Shown here piece by piece: positions 18,501-26,849 of a stretch of DNA of 64,000 bases; positions within the stretch are counted from its first letter, which is position 1; every line of letters begins with the position of its first letter. The notes beneath the pieces were generated by a model. It was not told the origin of the DNA. It did not search any database and saw nothing but the letters and a program-made list of their open reading frames with translations. The stretch spans positions 1,128 through 65,127 of the forward strand of contig JBNKRJ010000032.1 in NCBI GenBank assembly GCA_050296515.1, in the 5' to 3' direction. The position numbers and the translations under genes were made by a program. Source of the DNA: Bacteroidales bacterium (lineage in GTDB: Bacteria; Bacteroidota; Bacteroidia; Bacteroidales; NBLH01).

Positions 18501-21500
18501 TGGATTTCCACCCATTTTATCCCTGCTTGTACTGATATCAGTGTATCATATCCAAAAGATAACTTCCTGATAAACTACGACATGCAGGACGAAGAGCACA
18601 AATACTTAGTGAATGTTACCATGGATCAGTTTGATTACAATTCAGACAATCTTCAGAAAATACAATTGCAGTATAAACCTGCCAAAGACAATGAATGGCG
18701 CGGTTTACAAACCTGGTGGAAAAAAGAGGGCGATATTCCTTCTGGAACAAACGATTTGTTGATGCCAGGTGCTACTATCAATTATACATGGAATGTCACC
18801 CAATTGCCGGATGCCAATTTCGAAATCAGGGCATTAACAACATGTGCCCAATCTGCCAATGCAAACGAGCCAAATTTAGGAATATTTGACCGAAAGCCTC
18901 CTGTTAATTTTGGTGCACCCCAACCTGCCGATGGTATTTTAAGCCCCGGCGATGAGGTAATGATTCAGTTTAATGAAGCTGTTTTTGATGGCAACCTTCA
19001 TTACGACAATTTTGATATCAGTGGAATACTGAACCAAACGGAGCTGGATCATGGTGCAAGTGTTTATTTCGAAGGTTCTGACCAAAAGTTTATGATCATT
19101 TCGGATCCTTTTAACCTGATTAAAAAATCATTCTCCATAGAACTTTGGGCTAAAAGAATTGGCGATGACGAACAATGTTTATTGTCACAAGGAAATGATG
19201 CTGCCGAAGGGCTTTGGATTGGTTTTGATAATAAAGGGTTGTTTACTTTCCAGATTGCTGGTGAAAGCATTAAAACTGAGAAAGATGAGCTACAAGCAGA
19301 TCCTGAACCATCATGGCACCATTGGGTAGTGAGCTATAATTACGAAAACGGCATTGTTCAATTATATAAGGATGGGGACATGATAAAAGATCAAACCATC
19401 CATGTTGATTATGAAGGACTTGGAAGAATTCTGGTTGGAAAGAGCAGTTTTGGAAAAGCTGCCCCGTTTCATGGACAAATGCACGAATTGAGGCTTTGGA
19501 ACATGGTCATACCTCAGATCCAGGTAGTAAAAAACATGAATATGTTGCTTTCAAGCAAAGAAAAAGGGCTAACAGCAGTTTGGCGAATGGATGAAGGCAT
19601 GAAAACCATCATCAAAGAAACCATGTTGAATAGAAATGCAACACTTACATCCGAAGATATGTGGAAAGTAGAACCTGCTGGAGAGGCTATAAAGTTTGAC
19701 GGCGTTAATGATTACCTCGATATGCTGTCGGGCGATATAGCCTTTTACTACGAAAGAGATTTTAGCATTGAGTTTTGGTTCAAATCCACACAAGGTGCCA
19801 ATGTATGTTTCCTTTCCAACGGAAAAGGAGATGCTACAGATGATAATCCTGTTGGATGGACTATTAATACCGACAGCGAAGGTGCTATTTGGATACGCAA
19901 CAATGGCATTTCATTCAAAGCTGCCGATGCAGGAACTTTTGATGGTAAATGGCATCATTTTGCGCTGGTAATGAACAGGATAGGTAACTTGACATCGTAT
20001 ATTGACGGCGAACAGCAATACAATACATCCGCCTCAAAGTGGGGCGAATTTGGTGGAGCCAAAATGTTTATTGGTGCAAGGGCCACAGTTGACGGTGCTT
20101 TAATTACTGCCGATCAGTTTTTTAATGGCGAAATGGACGAAGTTCGTATTTGGGGAATGCAGCGTAAGCAGGAAATCTTAAAGCAATATATCAATTCCAG
20201 GTTACGTGGTGATGAAGCAGGATTGGTGGCTTATTTCCCATTCGAAAGTTACCAGGATTACGCCGGAGTACTTATGTTGAACCAAAGCTGGAGAGATGCC
20301 ATTACAGACACTGACTGGCAGCACGATCTTCTACCAGTGAATGGTGCTGATTTCGCAGGAGAAAGCCCAAATATTAAGCTTACACGTCCTGAAAAGAAAG
20401 TAAATTTCTTCTGGACAACCAATAATGATAAGATTATTTTAACAATTACCGACCCGGCATCGCTTATTGAAAATACGCAGCTTAATTTCACAGCTACTAA
20501 GATTGAAGACATGCATTCAAATCTTCTTCAGTCACCCATTACCTGGAGTGCATATGTGAAAATGAACCAGGTATCATGGGAAGAAAAGTATTTTAAATTC
20601 GAAAAAGAACTTTACCAGCCCTTAAGTTTTGAAACAAAAATTATTAACGAGGGTGGTACACAGCAGGAATTTGATATTACCAATCTTCCGCCATGGTTAG
20701 AAGCAAGTCCGCAATCGGGTTCAATTGATCCATTGAGCGAACAAATAATCACATTCACAGTAAGCGAAGGAATAAATACTGGATATTACAGCCAGGATAT
20801 TTATTTAAGCACCGGTTTTGATTTTGACGAGAAACTTGTACTTGATTTAAGAGTGTATAAAGAAGAACCTGAATGGGAGGTAGAACCATCTGATTATGAA
20901 TTTAATATGAATATGGTGGCGCAACTCAAAATTGACGATATTCTTTCAACTGATATTTACGATAAAGTAGCCGCTTTTGTTGGTGATGAGTGCCGTGGAG
21001 TGGCCAATCTACAATACGTTAAAGAATACGATATGTACGAGGTATTCATGGATGTTTACAGCAACAGTGCCAATGGCGAAAACATTGAATTCAGGGTTTG
21101 GGATTCCGACAAAGCCACCTTGCACACAGATGTTACACCGGTTTTGACGTTTTCTTCAAACGATATTCATGGAACGCCATCATCACCTATGATACTTAAT
21201 GCACAGGATGTAATTGAAAACAGGTTGAGCCTGAAAAAAGGCTGGAACTGGGTTTCATTAAATGTTGAATCTGAAAGTTTAGCCAGTTTAGATACTCTTT
21301 TTAAGGATTTAAGGCTTGCCGATGCTGATTTAATTCAGTACAAAGAGTATTTTGACGAATACAACCCGTCTATTAATCAATGGGTTGGCGATATTTCTTC
21401 AAATGGGGGTATAAAAGTAGAGAACATGTACAAAATTAAATTAAATAACGATAACGAGTTGGTTTACAAAGGTCATGTTCTTAAAACAAGTAATACCCCC

Positions 21501-22364
21501 ATTGAAATTAACGAAGGCTGGAACTGGATTGGGTACATTCCTCGTGTAAACATGACTGTAGGAGAAGCGCTTGCAAGTCTTGAACTGAAAAACAATGACA
21601 TCGTTAAAGCACAGGATAAGTTTGCGGTTTATGATGAGTACATGGGTTGGCTCGGTAGCCTGAAATACCTGAAACCAGGTGAAGGATACATGTTAAAAAC
21701 AGCCAATGCAGGGACTTTAACCTACAAAGAAAGTGGTACGCTAAAAAGTTCGACCAATGCAGAAAACTACCCTGAACTGGAAATGCAGGTAAATGTAAGA
21801 GATTATTCAAGTAATATGACGCTTGTTGCTAAAGTGGTGGATGTGAATGGTTTAAACAACGATGACGTGCTTTATGCCATGGCTGGAGATGAGTGCAGGG
21901 GATACGGATATGCGGTTTATGATAACAGCCAGGGGAAATATTTATTCTACGTTACTTTGTTTGGGGATAAAACTGAAAACCTGAGCTTTGTATCAATTAA
22001 CTCGGCAACCGGGCAAAAAATATATTACAACGAAAAGGTAGCATACAGCCGAAATAAGAGTGTTGGAACTCCTGTTGAGCCGATGTTACTGACAAAAGCC
22101 GAGAATGTTGACGTAATGGAGAATTATGGATTGTCTTGTTATCCAAATCCGTTTGAGGTTTCAACAACCATTCAGGTCAATTTATCAGATGTAGAGAACC
22201 AGCAAGTAGAAATATACAATGTTCAGGGTAAAAAAGTGAACAGTTTTAACGCAGACTCTAAAATAATTACCTGGGACGGTACCAATTACAATGGAAACGA
22301 GGTAACATCAGGTGTTTACTTTATCCGGTGTGGTATTGAACAAATAAAGGTAATTAAAAAATGA
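12534..22364 (+). CDS. Giant (3276 aa) secreted multidomain surface protein with T9SS type A C-terminal sorting domain
   Basis: Signal peptide. Several Fn3-like modules (APTGVQAS..VSWEAP, APSGLTAT..ELRWEW, INWTDNSSTETGFEIVR). Three LamG/concanavalin-like modules (ISIEAWVKP...IDEVRVWNRA; FSIELWAKR...MHELRLWN; FSIEFWFKS...MDEVRIWG). CarboxypepD_reg-like motifs (DENGDYTV, DENGFFDL). Two copies of an ECRG-containing module. C-terminal YPNPF...VEIYNVQGKKV...SGVYFIRC matches the Por_Secre_tail pattern (TIGR04183). Confidence 0.9.
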   Translation: MKAKIRSIVVLLGILLISTNLITAQNPNDNLEILEDGMCNGKVKLKTIRYDGGNKISDYLWVQFKATDGSWKTIFYTDHYMNNGHNTYSPEFYDGGEYILSYSDGPYYWEYYFNPEAVDAAVYNTEVTIRAVESSDATLDADDPTYELTCNPWKANAPTGVQASQADYCGYVSVSWEAPSNISGKNGAYRVYQDGSPINSNATSPYKDYTSGSHEYKVAWVSECDNFEGTQSSTVTGSTKGAGSAPSGLTATDDQCENKIELRWEWYDGNPSEFTLKRSTSPDLSGATLFTINGDLRNYTDAVPNANQTYYYKVGGKDECNNELYSSVVEGIGRNAPVAPSMNNAYVSGSDIIINWTDNSSTETGFEIVRTSPQGSSSFTVGEDVTSYTDNGVGSCVTYTYKVKAKNTCATDGVISANSKSAKRSPSIGSAMSTFETSKGYFNDKVKLDWDYTNQNDIEKINVYRREYGSGSYKLIESLDPTTTYADVSATAGVLYQYKIQGQKNCENTLLTTNYREDIGLRSPTAIVSGHIEFENGQAVKDVAVLVANSSGANGTSLYFNGSNAYASIPSSSALSPTTGISIEAWVKPTSNKSNNYILSKGTAYELYLQNKQPVFKLNNGTATVHFAVDTFETNEWRHIAVSYDKAYLRLYVNGRLKDSVAYASNIYTNSSSLYIGRGPSGYFSGNIDEVRVWNRAKSSQEIYRDYQRIASGDENGLVGAWNLDENTGSYIFDRSHVGVNYNKNHGNIYSASWSSDITKQENLSYRGYTDENGDYTVSGIRYSASGENFLVVPYILYHTFQPSNKTLFLGSGNDIVNNVDFTDKSSFRVTGTVQYNDCSCYAEDVRVLIDGESIIKDGLPIQTDENGFFDLNVPIGYHKLSVVKNGHVFKNEGKWPPASEEYPDGLFYYKEPITGIEIIDSTKVKVVGRVVGGSVEAAKDPALGLSVNNIGVAHLKFDAEGVGVPCYTNDVYTDVNTGEYTIDLPPMRFVVHAAEGTNPNAPVLSNPGIIFDAFPILDLNNNFPMQTVSVDETIDVNAYVRINSQIDTARVIIEGDTTFQKVNIVNNSASVLIQQDVYAIAVTQNTTYTNKTIKLSDYEVTRTNTYQVENNYIYRTEPQIVVTANDGSPFMGEKKISYKLKDGTKFKIDIEKSPFKFPVFEFTKSYKALIAAVENYKNLDEDAPVNMDTVPVSDGKLIIMNGLANDEYVEQDLTETGSFLYDFKAGKPNILYNSTHPEYSFTQIFNLNLQAGGKTYEWTPLSEGDGYYRAYILGNRPINGTDFITEGPQLVEYILRDPPGSESYAFHEAGSTHRTTTTFNLSSSQYMGVDTEIKAGVEFETGLGYSTETSIEATETESMEVSLSEEYSNTLEKTTTYNETWQTSDSPELAGAASDLYIGSSTNYAVGLTNNIQLIPDSAMGSSTVVTTGEINKGFTIGLKKSFIIAPTGESTDFIYSQDHILNYLIPQLIQIRNDILLSDANYESYLSADNQMFGTNNDDPEWGTLATSENYLLTDPEDWDGPSYHYLPADLPENQRPKDFKDKVRYYNQQIRLWQEAIEENEREKMNATLKKNISFDAGSEYSYTVETTRERINAFTVELGISYDWALSAGIEVGGSGLGATLAMGLDVGFGFNGEWASGSTNSNGFVLHDPDQGDYFSVDVKDPHSDNSLVFVLKGGRSMCPAEGGEEALFYKNQKYKVTDTNKEAINKTLKTLISNEINDEFIELKDIAEGMNGSYNFPSNKASKLKSVVSNLANLPDSLANAAGKDIENNMLSVTYDNESKLSETVDTLTTWKFVSQLNDFINSMDSAKLADDYNTKRTDLLQYSLCDPTVAASYYNAVKRALTMNAGVDTVITETLYLNAATIQREQPTISAYPPEMFDIYEDKMAYFTLDLGNENPNGDAMWYKVRVVDGSNPYGATIEIDGEPIEGREFEIPAGKSIQKMITVKKGDPDVFDYDSIGIMIYSPCDWEFHTNGRTFTIGDTCWISTHFIPACTDISVSYPKDNFLINYDMQDEEHKYLVNVTMDQFDYNSDNLQKIQLQYKPAKDNEWRGLQTWWKKEGDIPSGTNDLLMPGATINYTWNVTQLPDANFEIRALTTCAQSANANEPNLGIFDRKPPVNFGAPQPADGILSPGDEVMIQFNEAVFDGNLHYDNFDISGILNQTELDHGASVYFEGSDQKFMIISDPFNLIKKSFSIELWAKRIGDDEQCLLSQGNDAAEGLWIGFDNKGLFTFQIAGESIKTEKDELQADPEPSWHHWVVSYNYENGIVQLYKDGDMIKDQTIHVDYEGLGRILVGKSSFGKAAPFHGQMHELRLWNMVIPQIQVVKNMNMLLSSKEKGLTAVWRMDEGMKTIIKETMLNRNATLTSEDMWKVEPAGEAIKFDGVNDYLDMLSGDIAFYYERDFSIEFWFKSTQGANVCFLSNGKGDATDDNPVGWTINTDSEGAIWIRNNGISFKAADAGTFDGKWHHFALVMNRIGNLTSYIDGEQQYNTSASKWGEFGGAKMFIGARATVDGALITADQFFNGEMDEVRIWGMQRKQEILKQYINSRLRGDEAGLVAYFPFESYQDYAGVLMLNQSWRDAITDTDWQHDLLPVNGADFAGESPNIKLTRPEKKVNFFWTTNNDKIILTITDPASLIENTQLNFTATKIEDMHSNLLQSPITWSAYVKMNQVSWEEKYFKFEKELYQPLSFETKIINEGGTQQEFDITNLPPWLEASPQSGSIDPLSEQIITFTVSEGINTGYYSQDIYLSTGFDFDEKLVLDLRVYKEEPEWEVEPSDYEFNMNMVAQLKIDDILSTDIYDKVAAFVGDECRGVANLQYVKEYDMYEVFMDVYSNSANGENIEFRVWDSDKATLHTDVTPVLTFSSNDIHGTPSSPMILNAQDVIENRLSLKKGWNWVSLNVESESLASLDTLFKDLRLADADLIQYKEYFDEYNPSINQWVGDISSNGGIKVENMYKIKLNNDNELVYKGHVLKTSNTPIEINEGWNWIGYIPRVNMTVGEALASLELKNNDIVKAQDKFAVYDEYMGWLGSLKYLKPGEGYMLKTANAGTLTYKESGTLKSSTNAENYPELEMQVNVRDYSSNMTLVAKVVDVNGLNNDDVLYAMAGDECRGYGYAVYDNSQGKYLFYVTLFGDKTENLSFVSINSATGQKIYYNEKVAYSRNKSVGTPVEPMLLTKAENVDVMENYGLSCYPNPFEVSTTIQVNLSDVENQQVEIYNVQGKKVNSFNADSKIITWDGTNYNGNEVTSGVYFIRCGIEQIKVIKK

Positions 22365-22582
22365 TATTGGTTAGTTGTGAATTTCCGGGTAACGTAAATC
22401 ATTCGATTTAGAGAGCCCGAAGAATCTGCCGGAGTTTAAATTGGTTAGTAGTAGAGCATATAAGCTCCGGCGGGCTTCACAAATATGATAAAGTTGACTT
22501 CGCATAAACATTCGATGATTGAAATAATTATCACTAACTTTATTAGAAAACACAATCACTTTATAACTATTTAACTTTTATA

Positions 22583-23542
22583 ATGATGAAAAGACTAATC
22601 ATACAAACAATTCTTATCCTGATTCTTAATAATAACACTGCTGCACAGGCACCTGACTGGTCGGTCAACAGTTCTGATTATTCCAATTCAATGTCGGTAA
22701 CCTGTGTTTTGGTAATGGATGGAGAAGAATCAGCAGATGGCGATGATATTATTGGCGCGTTCATTAATGGCGAATGCCGTGGTGTAAAACACCCGGTTTA
22801 TGTAGAATCAATAGACAGGTGGGTGGCATTTTTAGTTGTTTTTAGTAATGAGTCTGCAGGTACGGTAAGTTTTAAACTTTACGATGCCAGTACTGATAAA
22901 GTAGTTGATGCGCTAACAACAACAGAATTTGAAACGAATGCGCATTTGGGCTTGGCCACAGCGCCTTTTGTTTGGTCAAACGAGAAAATTCCCGTAGAAT
23001 CTGAAATGATATCGTTTACCATTGACGGGCAAAGTGCCGAGACTCATATTATTGACAACAAGGTCACCGTGATTATGCCTGCCGGGACAGATCTTTCTAC
23101 ACTGGTTCCGGAATTCGAACTTTCCGAATACGCCAATGCCAGTGTCAATAACTTTGTGCAATTAAGTGGCGTTTCCGAGCAAAATTTTTCAATCCCTGTT
23201 GAATATAATATTCACGCTGTCAATGATTTGGATAGTACTACGTACACTGTAATTGTTTATGCCGGAGATATTGCAAATTTCTCAGCAGCCAACACCTTTT
23301 CTCCAAACAGTGACGGCATTAATGATTATTGGGAAGTCGACAACAACGAAATATACAGAAACTGCGACTTTTATATCTATAATATAAACGGAAACCTGGT
23401 TTATCACAGCGTTGGCTACAAAAATGATTGGGATGGAAGGCACAACAACAGTCCGGTACCCATAGGCACTTATCTATACGTAGTAAAATGCCCTGAGTGT
23501 TCAAGTTGTATGCACAAAGGGTCTATTTCTTTAATCAGGTAA
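22583..23542 (+). CDS. Secreted protein with T9SS type B sorting domain (gliding-motility-associated C-terminal domain)
   Basis: Signal peptide. The N-terminal ECRG module is homologous to two modules of the giant protein. C-terminal FSPNSDGINDYWEV...YIYNINGNLVYHS...WDGR...PIGTYLYVV fits TIGR04131. Confidence 0.85.
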   Translation: MMKRLIIQTILILILNNNTAAQAPDWSVNSSDYSNSMSVTCVLVMDGEESADGDDIIGAFINGECRGVKHPVYVESIDRWVAFLVVFSNESAGTVSFKLYDASTDKVVDALTTTEFETNAHLGLATAPFVWSNEKIPVESEMISFTIDGQSAETHIIDNKVTVIMPAGTDLSTLVPEFELSEYANASVNNFVQLSGVSEQNFSIPVEYNIHAVNDLDSTTYTVIVYAGDIANFSAANTFSPNSDGINDYWEVDNNEIYRNCDFYIYNINGNLVYHSVGYKNDWDGRHNNSPVPIGTYLYVVKCPECSSCMHKGSISLIR

Positions 23543-23597
23543 AATCTCTAATATTAATTTCCCAAGTTCTAAGTTCTAATTTCCAATCTCAAAAAAA

Positions 23598-24518
23598 ATG
23601 AAAACTAGATATATTAAAGTTATTTTTATACTATCAGGTTTATTGCTACAAAATAGCTTAATGGCTCAACAAATTCCTGAGAATAATTTCAAGATTAACA
23701 ATCCTTATATTTTTAACCCTGCGGCAACTGGTCTCTTTAACAATGTTACTGCCTTTATTGATTACAGAGATAGCTGGACAGGATTCAAAGATGCACCAGA
23801 ATACTCTGTTTTTGGCATACACGGATTAATTACCAGATCGATGGGACTGGGCCTTAAAGCGGCAAACCTTAAATCCGGGATATTCAGGCGACTTTCGTTG
23901 GATCTTAACTATTCCTACAGAATTGCTTTTTCAAAAGATCATAACCTGGCAATGGGTATTTCGGCTGGCATATTGCAAAATAAAATAAGTATGGGCGATG
24001 TAATTATGAATAATCTGAACGATCCTGCTTTGACTTCAAACAATTTTGATGAGGCTATGTTCAATGTTGGTTTTGGCGTTAACTATGTTTGGAAAGAGTT
24101 GACTGTAAACCTGTCGAGCCCTTTGTTATATTCCACCCAGGAAAATAAATTTTTACAGACGGCATTTGTCATGGCTTCATACGATTTTTATTTCACAGAC
24201 GACATTTGGCGGCTTCAACCCTCATTACTTTACGAATACACCGACAAAGGAATACACCAGGGCGAAATTGATGTAGTCCTGGATTGGAACCGGCACGTTT
24301 GGGTGCAGGCAGGATACAATACCAATGAAAGCATCATTGCCGGGTTGGGTGTCATACTTAAAAAATTATCGATCGGGTACAGTTACCAGGTAAGCCTTTC
24401 TGAAATTGCGATGGTATCAAGCGGTTCTCAAAACATAATGCTTCAATATCAGTTGCCTTATTCGGTGACAAAAAAAGCACCCCTTTATCGTCGAACAAGA
24501 CGAAGAGATGCTTGGTAG
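23598..24518 (+). CDS. PorP/SprF-family type IX secretion system membrane protein
   Basis: Signal peptide + AQQIP...NPYIFNPAATG N-terminal signature. Size is ~300 aa with a beta-barrel-like alternation. Sits immediately downstream of a type-B-CTD gene, as is typical. Confidence 0.85.
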   Translation: MKTRYIKVIFILSGLLLQNSLMAQQIPENNFKINNPYIFNPAATGLFNNVTAFIDYRDSWTGFKDAPEYSVFGIHGLITRSMGLGLKAANLKSGIFRRLSLDLNYSYRIAFSKDHNLAMGISAGILQNKISMGDVIMNNLNDPALTSNNFDEAMFNVGFGVNYVWKELTVNLSSPLLYSTQENKFLQTAFVMASYDFYFTDDIWRLQPSLLYEYTDKGIHQGEIDVVLDWNRHVWVQAGYNTNESIIAGLGVILKKLSIGYSYQVSLSEIAMVSSGSQNIMLQYQLPYSVTKKAPLYRRTRRRDAW

Positions 24519-24563
24519 TTTTGTGGCTTTTAGCTACTGGTGCATAAATGGTTCTAAATTTTA

Positions 24564-26627
24564 ATGTCTAATGCCATGTCAATAAAAGTATTCTTTACAG
24601 TTGCAATTTTGTTTACAGCCCCTGTTCTATATTCTCAGGGAAACATGAATTTTAATAAAGACAATTTTCCAGCTCAAAAAAATGAATTAAAAGAGGCCAG
24701 AAAAAATTTAACCAAGGGTGATATTCAATTTGAAAATGAGAAATACAAAACGGCATTGAAATATTATCTCAAAGCGAATGCTTTCAATCCCAATGATGGT
24801 AAATTAAATTATAAAATAGGGCAATGTTACTTCTATTCAGATAATGATTCTGCTGAACAGTTTTTTCTCAAATCGATGGAACTTGATAAGAACCCCGGAC
24901 TTGACAATAATTTATACCTTGGCACAATTTATCATCAAAACGCCCAATTTGATGCGGCTATTAATAAATACAAAGCTTTTATTGATGATTTATCGCAAAG
25001 AGAAGAAACAAAGGACAAGAACAAGCTGGATAAAATAAATAAACTAATTAAAGAATGTGAATCGGGAAAAGAAATTGTAACAAAATCGTCTGAAATAAAA
25101 ATTGAAGATTTAAGTAAGAAAATAGCCGGGGCAGAAAGGCAATATTCCGACTATGCGGTTTATTCAACAAGTGATGACAGTTTGCTTTATTTTACCTCAA
25201 TAAGAGAACAATTCACAAAAAAGGGACATCCAAAAGAAATTGCTGCCGAAGACATTTATTGTTCAGTTAAACAGGATGGCCGGAGAGGGATGGCCCAAAA
25301 CATCGGAAAACCTGTTAATACACATGCTAATGATGCAATTGTGGGTTTATCGGGCGATGGACTCACCATGTACATTTATTCCAACAGTAATAATGGTGAT
25401 ATTTATTATTCTCATAAAAACGGAGAATCCTGGAGTGAGCCCTATGTCTTTTCATCTCAAATAAATTCAGGTGCCACAGAATCTTCACTGGCTTTTTCTT
25501 CAACAGGAGATACACTTTTTTTTGTTAGTAACCGGCCTGGCACATACGGTGGAAATGATATTTTCTATTCTGTAAAAGAAAACAATGACTGGAGCAGTCC
25601 TGTTAACCTAGGCCCGGTAATAAACACAAAATACGATGAAGAAGCTGTTTTTGTAGATGGAGATACTTTGTATTTTGCTTCAAAAGGGCACAACACAATG
25701 GGGGGGTACGATATTTTTAAATCGCATAAAATTACTGATAATCAGTGGAGTACTCCTGAGAATTTGTTAAGCCCAATCAACTCGCCTTTTGATGATATTT
25801 TTTATTCTTCGAATAAATATTCCATTTATTTTACCTCGAACAGAAATTCACAATCAAGCATTTATTGCATTGAAAAAATAATTCCCAAAAAGGAAAAAAT
25901 TATTGCAGTCGCAGATTCCACCATTGTTCCTATTGGAGATTTTTTTATTGTCCGTGACATTGAATTTGCATATGAAAGTTGCATTAATACTGATGTTTAT
26001 CCAATGCTTGACAGTCTGGCCAATTACCTAACACAGAACCCGGAGGCCAAAATTAGAATTTCAGGTTATACTGATACCCAGGGATATAAATATTATAACA
26101 CGAAGCTATCTGTAAAAAGAGCGAATTTTGTAAAAGATTATTTATTAAAAAAAGGAGTGAAGGAACAAAATCTGATTTCTGAAGGAAACGGCTGGACGAA
26201 ACAAATCTCTAAAAACAAAGACGAAAAAGGAAAATTTATCCGGGAATCATTGGGGTACAACAGAAGGGTCGAATTTGAGGTCATCAACCAGGGAACACCT
26301 AAATTAATAGTACAAAAAATAGATGTGCCTGATTCATTTAAAATTGCGACAGAAAATGCTATGCACCCTGATATTTATTCAATTTTATTGATTGTTTCTG
26401 ATAATGAAATAGTGGACATCCATACCAAAATAAAAGACTATAATTTGTACAAAGGAACGGATCTAAAATATTACTACTATACTGGGAAATTTGAAAACCT
26501 AAGTAACGCTCAGAAAAGAAAAAATGAATTAATTACCTGGTTTCCAGGCGTAAAGATTTTTATACACAAGTTCAAAATCACTAACGAGAAAGGGCAAATA
26601 GTATATGATGCCATGCAGGTCGATTAA
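24564..26627 (+). CDS. TPR / PD40 (TolB-like beta-propeller) / OmpA-family peptidoglycan-binding protein
   Basis: N-terminal TPR-like repeats. WD40-like PD40 repeats (...GGNDIFYS.., ..GGYDIFKS..). OmpA_C motif ISGYTDTQG...LSVKRANFVKDYL...NRRVEFEV. An extra SPOR-like C-terminal ~90 aa. Confidence 0.85.
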   Translation: MSNAMSIKVFFTVAILFTAPVLYSQGNMNFNKDNFPAQKNELKEARKNLTKGDIQFENEKYKTALKYYLKANAFNPNDGKLNYKIGQCYFYSDNDSAEQFFLKSMELDKNPGLDNNLYLGTIYHQNAQFDAAINKYKAFIDDLSQREETKDKNKLDKINKLIKECESGKEIVTKSSEIKIEDLSKKIAGAERQYSDYAVYSTSDDSLLYFTSIREQFTKKGHPKEIAAEDIYCSVKQDGRRGMAQNIGKPVNTHANDAIVGLSGDGLTMYIYSNSNNGDIYYSHKNGESWSEPYVFSSQINSGATESSLAFSSTGDTLFFVSNRPGTYGGNDIFYSVKENNDWSSPVNLGPVINTKYDEEAVFVDGDTLYFASKGHNTMGGYDIFKSHKITDNQWSTPENLLSPINSPFDDIFYSSNKYSIYFTSNRNSQSSIYCIEKIIPKKEKIIAVADSTIVPIGDFFIVRDIEFAYESCINTDVYPMLDSLANYLTQNPEAKIRISGYTDTQGYKYYNTKLSVKRANFVKDYLLKKGVKEQNLISEGNGWTKQISKNKDEKGKFIRESLGYNRRVEFEVINQGTPKLIVQKIDVPDSFKIATENAMHPDIYSILLIVSDNEIVDIHTKIKDYNLYKGTDLKYYYYTGKFENLSNAQKRKNELITWFPGVKIFIHKFKITNEKGQIVYDAMQVD

Positions 26628-26849
26628 AACAAAAGTCCAGAATTAGTAAAAGAATAGTTCACGTTTCTCTTTCACATACAAATTTTAATACATTCAATTT
26701 CAATATTTTCACTTACCTTATTCAACTATAGTTTTCGCATCTTTTTCACAAAAGTTTCTTTACCTCTGGTCAGGTGAAAGAATAAACTGTAAAACAGAAC
26801 TTCATAAACCATAAAAAACTGAATACACTTTTAAATACGAATAATAACT

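Noticed and set aside
22371-22559. 62-aa minus-strand ORF between the giant gene and the type-B-CTD gene, and a CTGCCGGAG...CTCCGGCGG hairpin there.
   Set aside because: The ORF has no motifs and lies antisense within an operon-like gap. The hairpin has only ~7 paired bases with a >30-nt loop and no T-run.
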